Below are positions 29,964-38,879 of a stretch of 64,000 nt of DNA, in pieces. The DNA is taken from assembly GCA_047602185.1 (NCBI GenBank), contig JASGHY010000001.1, positions 3,915,166 to 3,979,165 on the forward strand, in the 5' to 3' direction. Source of the stretch: Chitinophagaceae bacterium. Lineage in GTDB: Bacteria; Bacteroidota; Bacteroidia; Chitinophagales; Chitinophagaceae. Made by a program: the position numbers and the translations under genes. Under the pieces are notes generated by a model. The model was given only the letters and a program-made list of their open reading frames with translations. It was not told the origin of the DNA and made no database searches. Every line of letters starts with the position of its first letter. Position 1 is the stretch's first letter.

Positions 29964-30422
29964 TTATAATTGAGAACGACCTCCCATTACACGCTCTGCC
30001 AGGTCGCTATACTTTTCCGGTGAAAAAGAGTCAAAGAACTGCTGATACTTACTTTTATCCCAGATTTCGATCTTGTTGATAACAGAAACCATTACTACCT
30101 CTTTTTCCAACCCCGCGTATTGCTTCAGATTTGGCGGCACCAGCAATCTTCCTGCAGAATCCAACTCCATCATCGACGCGCCCATCGTGAAATAGCGTAA
30201 GAACTCCCTGTTCTCAGCCTTGTATTCACTAACTTTGGCCAACTCTTCTAAAATGGGATCCCAATTTTTTTTAGGATATAAAGTCAAACATTTTTCGAAC
30301 CCCCGGGCAATGACGAATTGGTCGCCAGCCTCTTCCGGTAGCTGCTTTTTGATGCCAGCCGGAAGGAGAAAGCGGCCCTTTGCATCCAAAGTAACCTCGT
30401 ATTCCCCGAGAAAAACAAACAT
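29964..30422 (-). CDS. mraZ: Transcriptional regulator MraZ
   Basis: Two SpoVT/AbrB-type repeats (DAKGRFLLP and DSAGRLLVP). First gene of the dcw cluster. Confidence 0.95.
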   Translation of the reverse strand: MFVFLGEYEVTLDAKGRFLLPAGIKKQLPEEAGDQFVIARGFEKCLTLYPKKNWDPILEELAKVSEYKAENREFLRYFTMGASMMELDSAGRLLVPPNLKQYAGLEKEVVMVSVINKIEIWDKSKYQQFFDSFSPEKYSDLAERVMGGRSQL

Positions 30423-30455
30423 TTACAATGAGTTGTGTCCAATTGATTAATACTT

Positions 30456-30488
30456 ACACAAAATAACACTTTTTCCCACTTTCTACAC
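30456..30488 (-). promoter_or_regulatory. Candidate MraZ operator: four GTGK boxes at about 10-bp spacing upstream of mraZ
   Basis: The minus strand reads GTGTAgaaaGTGGGaaaaaGTGTTattttGTGTA. The plus-strand acac/ccac boxes start at 30456, 30466, 30476 and 30485. A fifth box lies at 30512-30515. Confidence 0.5.
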
Positions 30489-31352
30489 AAAATTGGAAAT
30501 ATTTAATTTTTCCACAGTGTGATTATTGCATAAAGCGCTGAACTCGTTCATTTTCCGATGATTGCTGAGCATTGAGGGGCTACTTTCCTGTGCAATTACT
30601 GTGAATTACGGTGCATAACCTGTGGATTAGCTTTCAAAGCCTTACTGGTTGCAGATCATAGGGTTCGGCCCTTCTTTCTTTCACAACTCCTTTTAGCACT
30701 TCCGCTCCACTCAATTTTTACCATTTCACCATCGTTTTGCTTACCCTGGTCTTCCCTGTACCGGCATCAGTGACTGCCCGGGCATGTCAATCGTTTTCCC
30801 ACCAGGCAGATCTCTGCCGGTGATTTCCCATCTTTTTTACCACCTGTTTTCTCCATCCGTCCTGAAGCTCTTTTTATTCCTGGTTTCTCGTTTCTCCCCG
30901 CCCTAAAGGATGGAGCTGGGCTTTTGAAATACAATCGCCTGGCAAACAACATCCCCCAACCGGCTAAAGCCGGACCCGCTTCCTTATTTGCCTTTTGTAA
31001 TCCCTTCTAACTCCCGGTTCCCGATCCCCAACCAATGCCATTGAATCAAGAAAGGGCCACAGCGTGGCCTCCTGTTTATAGAAATGATCATAATGAGCAT
31101 GTCCCGGCTCCGGTAGGAGCCTCCGATGCCTTACAGGAAGCTCCTACCGGAGCTGAATGCCTTCGAAAAATTGATTTTCTATAAACAGGGAGCTCCTCCG
31201 GAGCTTTAATGCACTAACATTCGCTGGTTGACTAATTTCCAATTCCTTCAAACCTTTGCTTCCCCCGCCCTAAAATGCAGGGCAATGACTCAAATCTCCC
31301 TCCAACAAACAACAGCCGCCCACCGGCTAAAGCCGGACATCGCCCGGGAATA

Positions 31353-31419
31353 AAGGCGTGGTACGGTTGCGGCATCCGGCTATCTATCCAACAACCTGCT
31401 TGTAACCGTGCCACGCCTT
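31353..31419. other. Long hairpin (16-bp stem, one G-U pair if read on the plus strand), copy B
   Basis: aaggcgtggtacggtt (31353-31368) pairs with aaccgtgccacgcctt (31404-31419). Confidence 0.7.
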
Positions 31420-31644
31420 CCCACCTGCTTTGCGTTCTGCATTAAGCATTCCAAGCCCCTGTTTTCCTTGTGCCTTGTCTCTTAAATCTTGTGCCTTTCC
31501 TTTTTCATTCCTTATTCCAAATTCCTCATTCCCGATTCCTGTTTTCCTTATGCCTTTCCCCTCGCCCTGAAGGACGAGGCAATCATTTTAAATGCGATTA
31601 CCTGAAAAACAACATCTCTTACCGGCTAAAGCCGAACGGAAATC

Positions 31645-31710
31645 AAGGCGTGGCACGGTTACAGCATCCTGCTACTTATCGGGTAACGTCCCTTAACCGT
31701 TCCACGCCTT
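31645..31710. other. Long hairpin (16-bp stem with one mismatch), copy C, paralogous to 31353-31419
   Basis: aaggcgtggcacggtt (31645-31660) pairs with aaccgttccacgcctt (31695-31710). Confidence 0.7.
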
Positions 31711-32113
31711 ATCCACCGGCTAAAGCCGGACCAGCTTGCCCCTTGTCAACTTGCTAACTTTTAAACCTATCAACCCCTGCTTTGCATTAAGCGTTTCGCG
31801 TTATGCCCTACCTGCTACCAACTCCTTGCTTAACCCGTACTTCCTCCGTACCAAACCCTTAATTTCTGCGCTCTTATGGCGAACAAATACCGAAGGAAAT
31901 ACGGACCAATACCGAAGTAATACCGAATTAAACCCCTCTCAGGGTATAACCAGAACCCTCGAAGTCCCGGCCAATAGCCAGTATTTTGTTAAATGTCAGC
32001 AGCTTAAACCATTGTGTACGTACCAATAGTACCGGTTAGGGTTGGCCGTAATGGATGGATCGGTCTAAGGATTTACCTTTAAGAAGCATTATCCGTGATA
32101 AAATCATTTACCC

Positions 32114-32749
32114 ATGAGGAACAAGAAGAAAGAACAGGTTCCTGAAAATGCCTGGATAGGTACCATGAAGCGCAGGGCGCTTACCCTTTACATGCTGAAT
32201 GGAGAGTACCTCATACGTACGAGGAGTTCGCTAACCGGTGAAAAGGTAAAAAGAGCCGCATGCTTTAAGAATACCAGGAGATCTGCAGGACGATTAGGCA
32301 GCGCCTCTTCACTCGCTGCAGCAGTATACAATCAACTTCCCGAAGGCTGGAAACTACATTCACTCTACCGCACCATGACTGGCATAGCTACCCTGCAGAT
32401 TAAAGCCGGTGGGCAGGATGATACAGCCATTACCACCGCATTGTGGAAATACCTGGAAGAAGTGGGGTTTTGTAAAGACATTGCGTATGAAACTATACAG
32501 CCATCTACGGTGGAATATAAGGAGCGTTTAAAGTATAAGGTTCAAAGTTTAAGGTCTTTTGCTACGAAGACGTTGAGTAAATGTGGGGGTGGTTTAAGGT
32601 ATAAGGTTCAAAGTATAAGGTCGTTTTATTGTAAACCACTATACAGGTATATAACACCCCGTACTTCAGGGATACTTTTTACGCAGGCAGGTGAAGTTGG
32701 GCAAAGGACTCCATGCAGCGGCAATCGGGCATTACTGGATTCCGGTTGA
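32114..32749 (+). CDS. Hypothetical protein whose C-terminal third reads through heptamer repeats
   Basis: 211-aa ORF with a basic N-terminus. The peptide repeats LKYKVQSLRSF / LRYKVQSIRSF are encoded by tataagg/ttcaaag repeat DNA at 32526-32556 and 32591-32622. Confidence 0.5.
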   Translation: MRNKKKEQVPENAWIGTMKRRALTLYMLNGEYLIRTRSSLTGEKVKRAACFKNTRRSAGRLGSASSLAAAVYNQLPEGWKLHSLYRTMTGIATLQIKAGGQDDTAITTALWKYLEEVGFCKDIAYETIQPSTVEYKERLKYKVQSLRSFATKTLSKCGGGLRYKVQSIRSFYCKPLYRYITPRTSGILFTQAGEVGQRTPCSGNRALLDSG

Positions 32750-33178
32750 GGCGATGGGGCAAAATATGAAATACGGGAGAGAAGACAGGAAGTGGGTTAA
32801 CAAGTTGGAAAGTTGATAAGGGGAGAAGGAAGACTTAAGAAGTACGGAAGGTGAAAATATCGAATGTCAAATTTTGAATACCGAATGATGAAGTAAGAGA
32901 GGAGAAGGGAATTAGAAATGAGGAATTTGGAATAAGGAATGAGAAAGTGAAAGACAAAGGAACAAGGCTTAAGGAAGTACGAAATAAGAAGTGCCCGTCC
33001 GACCGGGTCATCCGGGCGGGCGAAGTACAGGTGACTTAGTGTATTGGCTCACGGCTTGCATTGCGTCTTCGCGAATCTTTGCACCTTTGCGTGAAATCTA
33101 ACTGCAAATTGCCAACAGCCCACTTGTATCGGTATCCGGTAACCAGAAATCGGTTATCTTTCTTTTTAATTTTATCGT
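32750..33178. repeat. Purine-skewed repeat arm, the inverted counterpart of 31440-31900
   Basis: 32917-32941 is the exact reverse complement of 31506-31530. Also holds gaagtacgaa units and ctaactgcaaattgccaac (33098-33116). Confidence 0.8.
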
Positions 33179-33595
33179 ATGGCTACCATTTCTGCCGGCT
33201 ATTCAGGTACTCCTTTGCTGAAGAAACTGGGTATTAAAGATTCCATGAAAGTTTTGCTGGTAAATGCCCCGGCGGAGTATGCCACGTGGCTACAGGCTGA
33301 TATCAGTAAACAATTCGTTACTGCACGCAGTACGCCCGATCTTGTTCACCTGTTTGTAACCTCTGCCAAAGAGATGGTGACTCAATTGCAAAAACTGGAA
33401 ACTGCACGCAAGGCCAACCCCAATATCGCTATCTGGGTAAGCTGGTATAAGAAAAGTGCAGGCATGAACACTGATGTTACAGAAGATGTGATCCGTAATT
33501 ATGCTTTGCAGCATGACCTGGTCGATATTAAAGTATGTGCCGTAAGCGAACAATGGAGTGGATTAAAACTGGTAGTGCCCAAAGCAAAACGTTAA
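33179..33595 (+). CDS. Small conserved hypothetical protein (DUF3052-like)
   Basis: 138 aa with N-terminal GYSGTPLLKKLGIKDSMKVLLVNAP. The family assignment is from memory only. Confidence 0.5.
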   Translation: MATISAGYSGTPLLKKLGIKDSMKVLLVNAPAEYATWLQADISKQFVTARSTPDLVHLFVTSAKEMVTQLQKLETARKANPNIAIWVSWYKKSAGMNTDVTEDVIRNYALQHDLVDIKVCAVSEQWSGLKLVVPKAKR

Positions 33596-33621
33596 GTACC
33601 TTTGCGGTTTAGCATTAAAAA

Positions 33622-34893
33622 ATGGCAGCAGTTGGCTGCACTTTACCCATGCATCCGAAACATCTTTCTATTCACGATTTTACGTACGAACTTCCGGACG
33701 AACGTATTGCACGTTATCCCTTGCAGAACCGCGATGAATCGCGTTTGCTTGTTTATCGCAATGGTACTATTGCCGAAGATACTTACAGGCATATAGCGCA
33801 ATACCTGCCCCAGGATTCTTTACTGATCTTCAATAATACCAAAGTAGTAGAAGCAAGACTGCTTTTTCAAAAACCTACCGGTGCTACCGTTGAGATCTTT
33901 TGCCTGGAACCCGGTACTGAATATGCCGACATTACTACTGCATTACTGCAACAGGAGAAGGTAACCTGGAAATGCCTGATCGGTGGAGCCTCTAAATGGA
34001 AACCGGGCCAGACACTGGAAAAATATATAGGCTCCGGTGATGATGCAATTGTATTGCAGGCTAAATATCTTTCGAAGGAAACAGAAAGTTTTTCTGTAGA
34101 ACTATCGTGGACACCTGCTCATTTATCTTTTGCAGAGATCTTACACCATGCAGGTGTAATGCCGCTGCCTCCTTATATTAAAAGAACTGCGGAAATTACA
34201 GATGCAGAACGCTATCAGACTATTTATGCGCATACCGAAGGTTCGGTAGCAGCCCCTACCGCAGGACTTCATTTTACAGATGCAGTGTTTGAGCAACTGA
34301 AACAAAAAGGTATACACGATGAGTATGTTACTCTGCATGTAGGCGCAGGCACCTTCAGACCCGTGAAAAGTGATGTGATGGAGCAACATCACATGCATTC
34401 TGAATATATTGACGTTACTACAGATTGTATTCAACAGATCATAGCATACCTGGATAAGCACATTACAGTAACCGGCACTACTTCACTGCGCACTGTTGAA
34501 AGCCTGTACTGGATGGGCGTTAAATTATTGCTGGATCCTGATCTTACTCCTGCCGACCTTACCGTTCACCAATGGGACCCTTATGAGCTGGATGCTACCG
34601 GCATTACAGCTGCTGCTGCACTGGAAGCTGTATTGAATTGCCTGAAGAAACATCAGCAACAACGTTTAATAGCCACTACTTCATTACTGATAGCACCGGG
34701 ATACGAGATAAGAATACCTCATGCACTGGTCACTAATTTTCACCAGCCACAATCGACCTTGTTATTGCTGGTTGCCGCCTTTATTGGTAATGACTGGAAA
34801 CAAGTATACAACTATGCCCTGCAAAATGATTTCCGCTTTTTAAGCTATGGAGATGGATGCTTGTTGTTCAGGGGAGGAAGGTATAAGGTTTAA
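33622..34893 (+). CDS. queA: S-adenosylmethionine:tRNA ribosyltransferase-isomerase
   Basis: FTYELPDERIARYP, MPLPPYIKR, ERYQTIYA and VAAPTAGLHFT motifs. The start may be the Met at 33649. The last codons and stop lie in the 24-mer repeat. Confidence 0.9.
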   Translation: MAAVGCTLPMHPKHLSIHDFTYELPDERIARYPLQNRDESRLLVYRNGTIAEDTYRHIAQYLPQDSLLIFNNTKVVEARLLFQKPTGATVEIFCLEPGTEYADITTALLQQEKVTWKCLIGGASKWKPGQTLEKYIGSGDDAIVLQAKYLSKETESFSVELSWTPAHLSFAEILHHAGVMPLPPYIKRTAEITDAERYQTIYAHTEGSVAAPTAGLHFTDAVFEQLKQKGIHDEYVTLHVGAGTFRPVKSDVMEQHHMHSEYIDVTTDCIQQIIAYLDKHITVTGTTSLRTVESLYWMGVKLLLDPDLTPADLTVHQWDPYELDATGITAAAALEAVLNCLKKHQQQRLIATTSLLIAPGYEIRIPHALVTNFHQPQSTLLLLVAAFIGNDWKQVYNYALQNDFRFLSYGDGCLLFRGGRYKV

Positions 34894-35102
34894 AGTATAA
34901 GGTATTGCAGATCTGACTTTCCTCAATAATAGCAACACGTTGAGCAATATGCTATTTCTCAAAAAAATTAATATCATAGCTCTCAGGAGAGTGCATATTC
35001 TTCCAAAAAAAACTAAGGTGTGAGTAAATGATACAATGCCGCATTTACTCACACCTTAAACTTTATACCTTAAAACTTTAAACCTTATACTTTATACCTG
35101 CC
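34880..35102. repeat. tataagg/tttaaag heptamer arrays in inverted orientation around a 16-bp hairpin
   Basis: ggtataaggtttaaagtataaggt at 34880-34903, and cttaaactttataccttaaaactttaaaccttatactttatacc at 35055-35098. Confidence 0.8.
35004..35057 (-). terminator. Rho-independent terminator of the histidine kinase gene (16-bp perfect stem)
   Basis: aaggtgtgagtaaatg (35015-35030) pairs with catttactcacacctt (35042-35057). A minus-strand T-run follows (plus-strand aaaaaaaa ending at 35011). Confidence 0.7.
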
Positions 35103-36509
35103 CTACGCAGGAACTTTTTCGTGTGAAAGAGGAATTTCCAGTGTAAATGCAGATCCCTTGCCCAGTGTGCTTTCTACTTTTATTTTACCCTGGTGGGCAT
35201 CTACAATGGTCTTTACGTAGCTAAGGCCTAATCCAAAACCTTTTACATTGTGGATATTGCCGGTATGTGCACGGTAGAATTTCTCGAAGATACGACGCAC
35301 CGTTTCCTTGCTCATACCAATGCCGTTGTCCTCTACTCTTATCACAATATTTTTACCGGTATTGCGTGTAGATATTTTCAACAGCAGGTTATCTTTTGAG
35401 TATTTAACCGCGTTATCAATAAGGTTTGAAATAAGATTCCTGAAATGCACCGGATCCCCTTCTACCAGGTCTTCATTTGCATCAAGACTTAATTCTGCAC
35501 CCCCATTCTTCTCTTCCAGTTGCAGTACATAATTGTCAATAATATCTTCTATCAGCTCATGCACATGCAATGGCTGCCTGTTCAGTTGAATTTCCTGCCT
35601 GTCCATTACAGCAGCCTGCAGAATTGTTTCCACATGCTTGTTCATGCGTTTGTTCTCTTCCTTGATGATGCCGCTGAAGTAATCCATTTTCTGCCTGTCC
35701 TGCGCCACTTTATCATTACGCAAAGCATCTACCGCCAGTGAAATGGTAGCCAGCGGTGTTTTAAACTCATGCGTCATGTTATTGATAAAGTCGTTCTTGA
35801 TCTCACTCAGCTTTTTCTGACGTAGCAGTGCATATACTGTTACATAAAATGCAGTGATGATAACCAGCGTAAAGAAAATAGAACCTATGATCATCCAGCG
35901 CATTTGCTTGAGTACCAGTTTTCGTACATCTGGTACTACCACGGTCAGCATTTCTTCAGGCACCAGGTTCTCCAGGTCGCTGCCACTGGGTTGCTGAAAA
36001 GGATAGAACAGTAAAAGATTTTTGGAAGTATCTGCCTGTTTTTCAAAACCACGTGAACGCAGTTCGTATGAAAGAAGGCTTACATTGGAAGTAATGGAGA
36101 ATTCAAACTTCAGGCTTACAAGCCCCTGGTTGCGGAATGCTTTTTCCAGGCGCTCTCTTACCTCAAACTCTGTAAACTTTTGTGCAATGGTAGGTGGCTT
36201 CATCAGCTCCATCTGAAACTGTTCTGATGGCCAGTTGAAACCAGGTTTGGTGCGGTATGCTTTCAGTGAGGGTAAAGTACCTTTCTGCTCAGCCAGTTGT
36301 TTGCCGGCTTCATCAATACCCCTGATAACTTTCCATTTAAACTCTTCCTGCTTGTCCAACAACATTGTTTCTAACCAGTTGTACTGCACATAGATAGTAC
36401 CTACCAGTGAAAGACTGATGAGAACAATGATTACAGGGAATATTCTCCTTAATTGCAATTGATATAATTTTTGTGCCTCTGCCATTACCTGCTTCTTACG
36501 TAACCCCAA
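35103..36509 (-). CDS. Sensor histidine kinase (HisKA + HATPase_c), no adjacent response regulator
   Basis: H-box MTHEFKTPLATI, N-box LIDNAVKYS, G-boxes EDNGIGM and GFGLGLSYV, and two TM segments. Confidence 0.9.
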   Translation of the reverse strand: MGLRKKQVMAEAQKLYQLQLRRIFPVIIVLISLSLVGTIYVQYNWLETMLLDKQEEFKWKVIRGIDEAGKQLAEQKGTLPSLKAYRTKPGFNWPSEQFQMELMKPPTIAQKFTEFEVRERLEKAFRNQGLVSLKFEFSITSNVSLLSYELRSRGFEKQADTSKNLLLFYPFQQPSGSDLENLVPEEMLTVVVPDVRKLVLKQMRWMIIGSIFFTLVIITAFYVTVYALLRQKKLSEIKNDFINNMTHEFKTPLATISLAVDALRNDKVAQDRQKMDYFSGIIKEENKRMNKHVETILQAAVMDRQEIQLNRQPLHVHELIEDIIDNYVLQLEEKNGGAELSLDANEDLVEGDPVHFRNLISNLIDNAVKYSKDNLLLKISTRNTGKNIVIRVEDNGIGMSKETVRRIFEKFYRAHTGNIHNVKGFGLGLSYVKTIVDAHQGKIKVESTLGKGSAFTLEIPLSHEKVPA

Positions 36510-36751
36510 GGCAGCTAGTCGCTTAATGGTTCGTTTTTCTCGTCAAAGCAGGTAATTCAATCGGCAAAATTAATGAACAGGTAATTTAATGCAACTTGTA
36601 CGAATATAAGGGCTTTTGATTTAACTTAGATTTACCAATGCCTCCCCGATTGCCGCCATTCATACAGTGCTAACTTAGGAAGTTTTCATTTACCACGCCA
36701 TTTTTTTAAACAATCGTTTGTCAGGTTGACATAAGTACTAAATTTATTGTT

Positions 36752-37303
36752 ATGAATACACCGGGACCTGGTACATTACTGATTGCGGAACCCTTTATGA
36801 AAGACCCTAATTTCATGCGTTCAGTGGTGCTGATCTGTGAACACCAGGATGAAGGTAGTTTTGGATTTGTGCTGAACCGTCTTTTTGAAAATACCCTGAA
36901 TGAGCTGATGAATGATATGGACGAACTGACATTGCCCGTGTATTATGGCGGCCCCGTACAGGTAGATACGATCCATTTTCTGCATCAATACCCCGATCTG
37001 ATTCCCGGCAGCTACGAGATACTGGATGGCATTTTCTGGGGCGGAGATTTCCAGGTGGCCATTGAATTGCTGCGCGAAGAAAAGATTGATAAAAGCAAGA
37101 TCCGTTTTTTCCTCGGCTACTCCGGCTGGGGCAACGGACAACTGGATATTGAATTGAAAGAGAAATCATGGCTTACTGCTACCGCAACACGCAAACTCGT
37201 ATTTCCGAGAGATGTGGCTGAGTTATGGAAAGATGCATTAAAACATCTTGGCGGAGATTATGTAATGATGACCAACTTCCCCATTGACCCACAACTGAAT
37301 TAG
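36752..37303 (+). CDS. YqgE/AlgH family protein (UPF0301)
   Basis: LLIAEPFMKDPNFMRSVVLICEH..GSFGFVLNR signature, 183 aa. Confidence 0.85.
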   Translation: MNTPGPGTLLIAEPFMKDPNFMRSVVLICEHQDEGSFGFVLNRLFENTLNELMNDMDELTLPVYYGGPVQVDTIHFLHQYPDLIPGSYEILDGIFWGGDFQVAIELLREEKIDKSKIRFFLGYSGWGNGQLDIELKEKSWLTATATRKLVFPRDVAELWKDALKHLGGDYVMMTNFPIDPQLN

Positions 37304-37321
37304 CATACGCTCAATATAAAA

Positions 37322-37349
37322 GGCCCGTTGATCACCTCACGGGCCTTTT
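37322..37349 (+). terminator. Terminator hairpin between convergent genes
   Basis: ggcccgt (37322-37328) / acgggcc (37339-37345) followed by tttt, with aaaa upstream for the opposite strand. Confidence 0.7.
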
Positions 37350-37430
37350 GATTTATTTCAATCTATAAGGGCATAAACCGGTAGGCTAAGCCTTCTGATC
37401 GCAGCTTAACGATCATCAAACATTACGGCT

Positions 37431-38048
37431 CTATTGCAGGCTGAACCTGATACCGGCGCCTACGCCCCAGCTACTGAGGTTATTGATGCCGTCTTTATTG
37501 TAAGGCATATAGTTGTACATACCATTTACATTAAATCCAAAACGGGGCGATACAGGAATATTGATACCCGCCTCTGGCCGCACCGCAAAGCCAATACTAT
37601 TGCGCGAGCTTTCAAACTCACCTATATACTGACGGAACATAATAAGATTACCGCCCACACCTACACCTGCATAGGGCTGTATAGCATGATGAGGCAGAAA
37701 ATTATATTGCACGGATGCCAGCACAGGAACTGTTTGAATAGAATTGCTCAATACACCTGATACATCACTGCCATCAGACAGTTTGTACACGTTGCGGGGG
37801 TATTTCTGGTAAAAATCCTGGTAACCCAGGCCCAGGCCTACAGAAATTTTATCATTGATACCATACAGTATGTTACCCGTCCAGCCGCGATAGGAAGTTT
37901 TATTTACCGCATCGCTGCTAAATGAGCCAGCGGGAATACCCACAGCATAATTAAGATTTACACGCACTTCGCCGGCTTCCTGAGCATTGGTGGTAATGGC
38001 GCCGGCTATGCCCATTACAAGAAATATGATTGCCTGATAAGTTTTCAT
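37431..38048 (-). CDS. Small outer-membrane beta-barrel protein (OmpW/porin-like)
   Basis: Signal peptide ending TTNAQE, alternating amphipathic strands and an aromatic C-terminus (IRFSLQ). Confidence 0.7.
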   Translation of the reverse strand: MKTYQAIIFLVMGIAGAITTNAQEAGEVRVNLNYAVGIPAGSFSSDAVNKTSYRGWTGNILYGINDKISVGLGLGYQDFYQKYPRNVYKLSDGSDVSGVLSNSIQTVPVLASVQYNFLPHHAIQPYAGVGVGGNLIMFRQYIGEFESSRNSIGFAVRPEAGINIPVSPRFGFNVNGMYNYMPYNKDGINNLSSWGVGAGIRFSLQ

Positions 38049-38072
38049 GATCTTTTGTTTTTCTGTTACCGC

Positions 38073-38699
38073 TTAATTTTTTGTCAGGTAGGTTGACTGA
38101 GCAAACAAAGCCTGTACGCTGCCCGCAGCTTTCGAGGTATTGAATGTACCTGCTCCGCGAACAAGACCGTTCCAGACAGCTTTCAGCTCTTTACCTGCGG
38201 TATTTTTAAGATCGATCATATCGATAGATACGGCCCCATCTGTGATCTGGTACACGCCATACGACGGGAAATAGTACCCATAGCCGGGATAACCCCAGTA
38301 ATAAGGGTCCCAGTAGCCTGAATAGTAGCCCCAATAATCGTAGTAGTTAAAAACACCCGTGTATGTGTTGTACACCTGGCTGATGCTGATACCAAGATCA
38401 GGATGTCCATCACGAGCCACTTCGGTATAGCCCCTTGCCAGCATCTGTGCTTTTACAGCATTGATGTAAGCGGTATCAAGAGCGGTTACCGACTTTTTAA
38501 CCAACTGATTATTACTGATAATCGCCACAGAATCAGCCACACTAAACGTAGTATAGGAGTTGAAACTAACCGAGTCATTGTGATTGGTAATGTAAATGCG
38601 GGCCTCGTCGTCTGTAAGATTATTCAATGGTTCTTTGGTGCAACTGCTGTACATGAAGAGGCTCATGATACAGCTAATGGTTATGACAGTAGCTTTCAT
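38073..38699 (-). CDS. Lipoprotein (DUF4136-like) with a Y/W/G-rich segment
   Basis: Lipobox-like MSLFMYSSC. A YYDYWGYYSGYWDPYYWGYPGYGYYFPSYG low-complexity stretch. Confidence 0.55.
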   Translation of the reverse strand: MKATVITISCIMSLFMYSSCTKEPLNNLTDDEARIYITNHNDSVSFNSYTTFSVADSVAIISNNQLVKKSVTALDTAYINAVKAQMLARGYTEVARDGHPDLGISISQVYNTYTGVFNYYDYWGYYSGYWDPYYWGYPGYGYYFPSYGVYQITDGAVSIDMIDLKNTAGKELKAVWNGLVRGAGTFNTSKAAGSVQALFAQSTYLTKN

Positions 38700-38850
38700 A
38701 GCAAATTCATTTTTAGTGGTTCATTGGAGATGACCTTCGACTATTGTTAGTTGCACAAGTAAAATGCCCGTTATTGTAAAATGCCGGTTTTAACAAGCTG
38801 CTAAAAATGAAATGTGAAAGTTGCGATAAGAGAGAACAAAAGCCAATAAA

Positions 38851-38879
38851 TAAAAAAGCCTGCACCGTTTATGCAGGCT
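38851..38879 (-). terminator. Rho-independent terminator about 235 nt downstream of the HAD gene
   Basis: agcctgca (38857-38864) / tgcaggct (38872-38879), with the T-run on the minus strand (plus-strand aaaaaa at 38852-38857). Confidence 0.65.

Larger units (their letters stand above)
30660..32113. repeat. ORF-poor, pyrimidine-skewed region of dispersed and tandem repeats with strong hairpins
   Basis: ccggctaaagccgg occurs at 30960, 31323, 31622 (degenerate) and 31716. About 295-bp tandem units. Nested palindrome at 31071-31189. Long hairpins at 31353-31419 and 31645-31710. Confidence 0.8.

Noticed and set aside
30960-31729. Possible CRISPR-like array, suggested by four copies of ccggctaaagccgg
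   Set aside because: The repeat is only 14 nt, and one copy is degenerate. Spacings are irregular (about 363, 299 and 94 nt). The intervening sequences are themselves paralogous, and no cas genes are present.
30767-32029. ORFs 30767-30952 (-), 31232-31414 (-), 31470-31757 (+) and 31736-32029 (+)
   Set aside because: All lie in the skewed repeat region. They give P/S/L- or R/G/K-rich low-complexity peptides that span hairpin repeats. None has a plausible start context.
33602-33796. ORF 33602-33796 (+) overlapping the queA 5' end
   Set aside because: It is in a different frame from the well-supported queA N-terminus (FTYELPDERIARYP).
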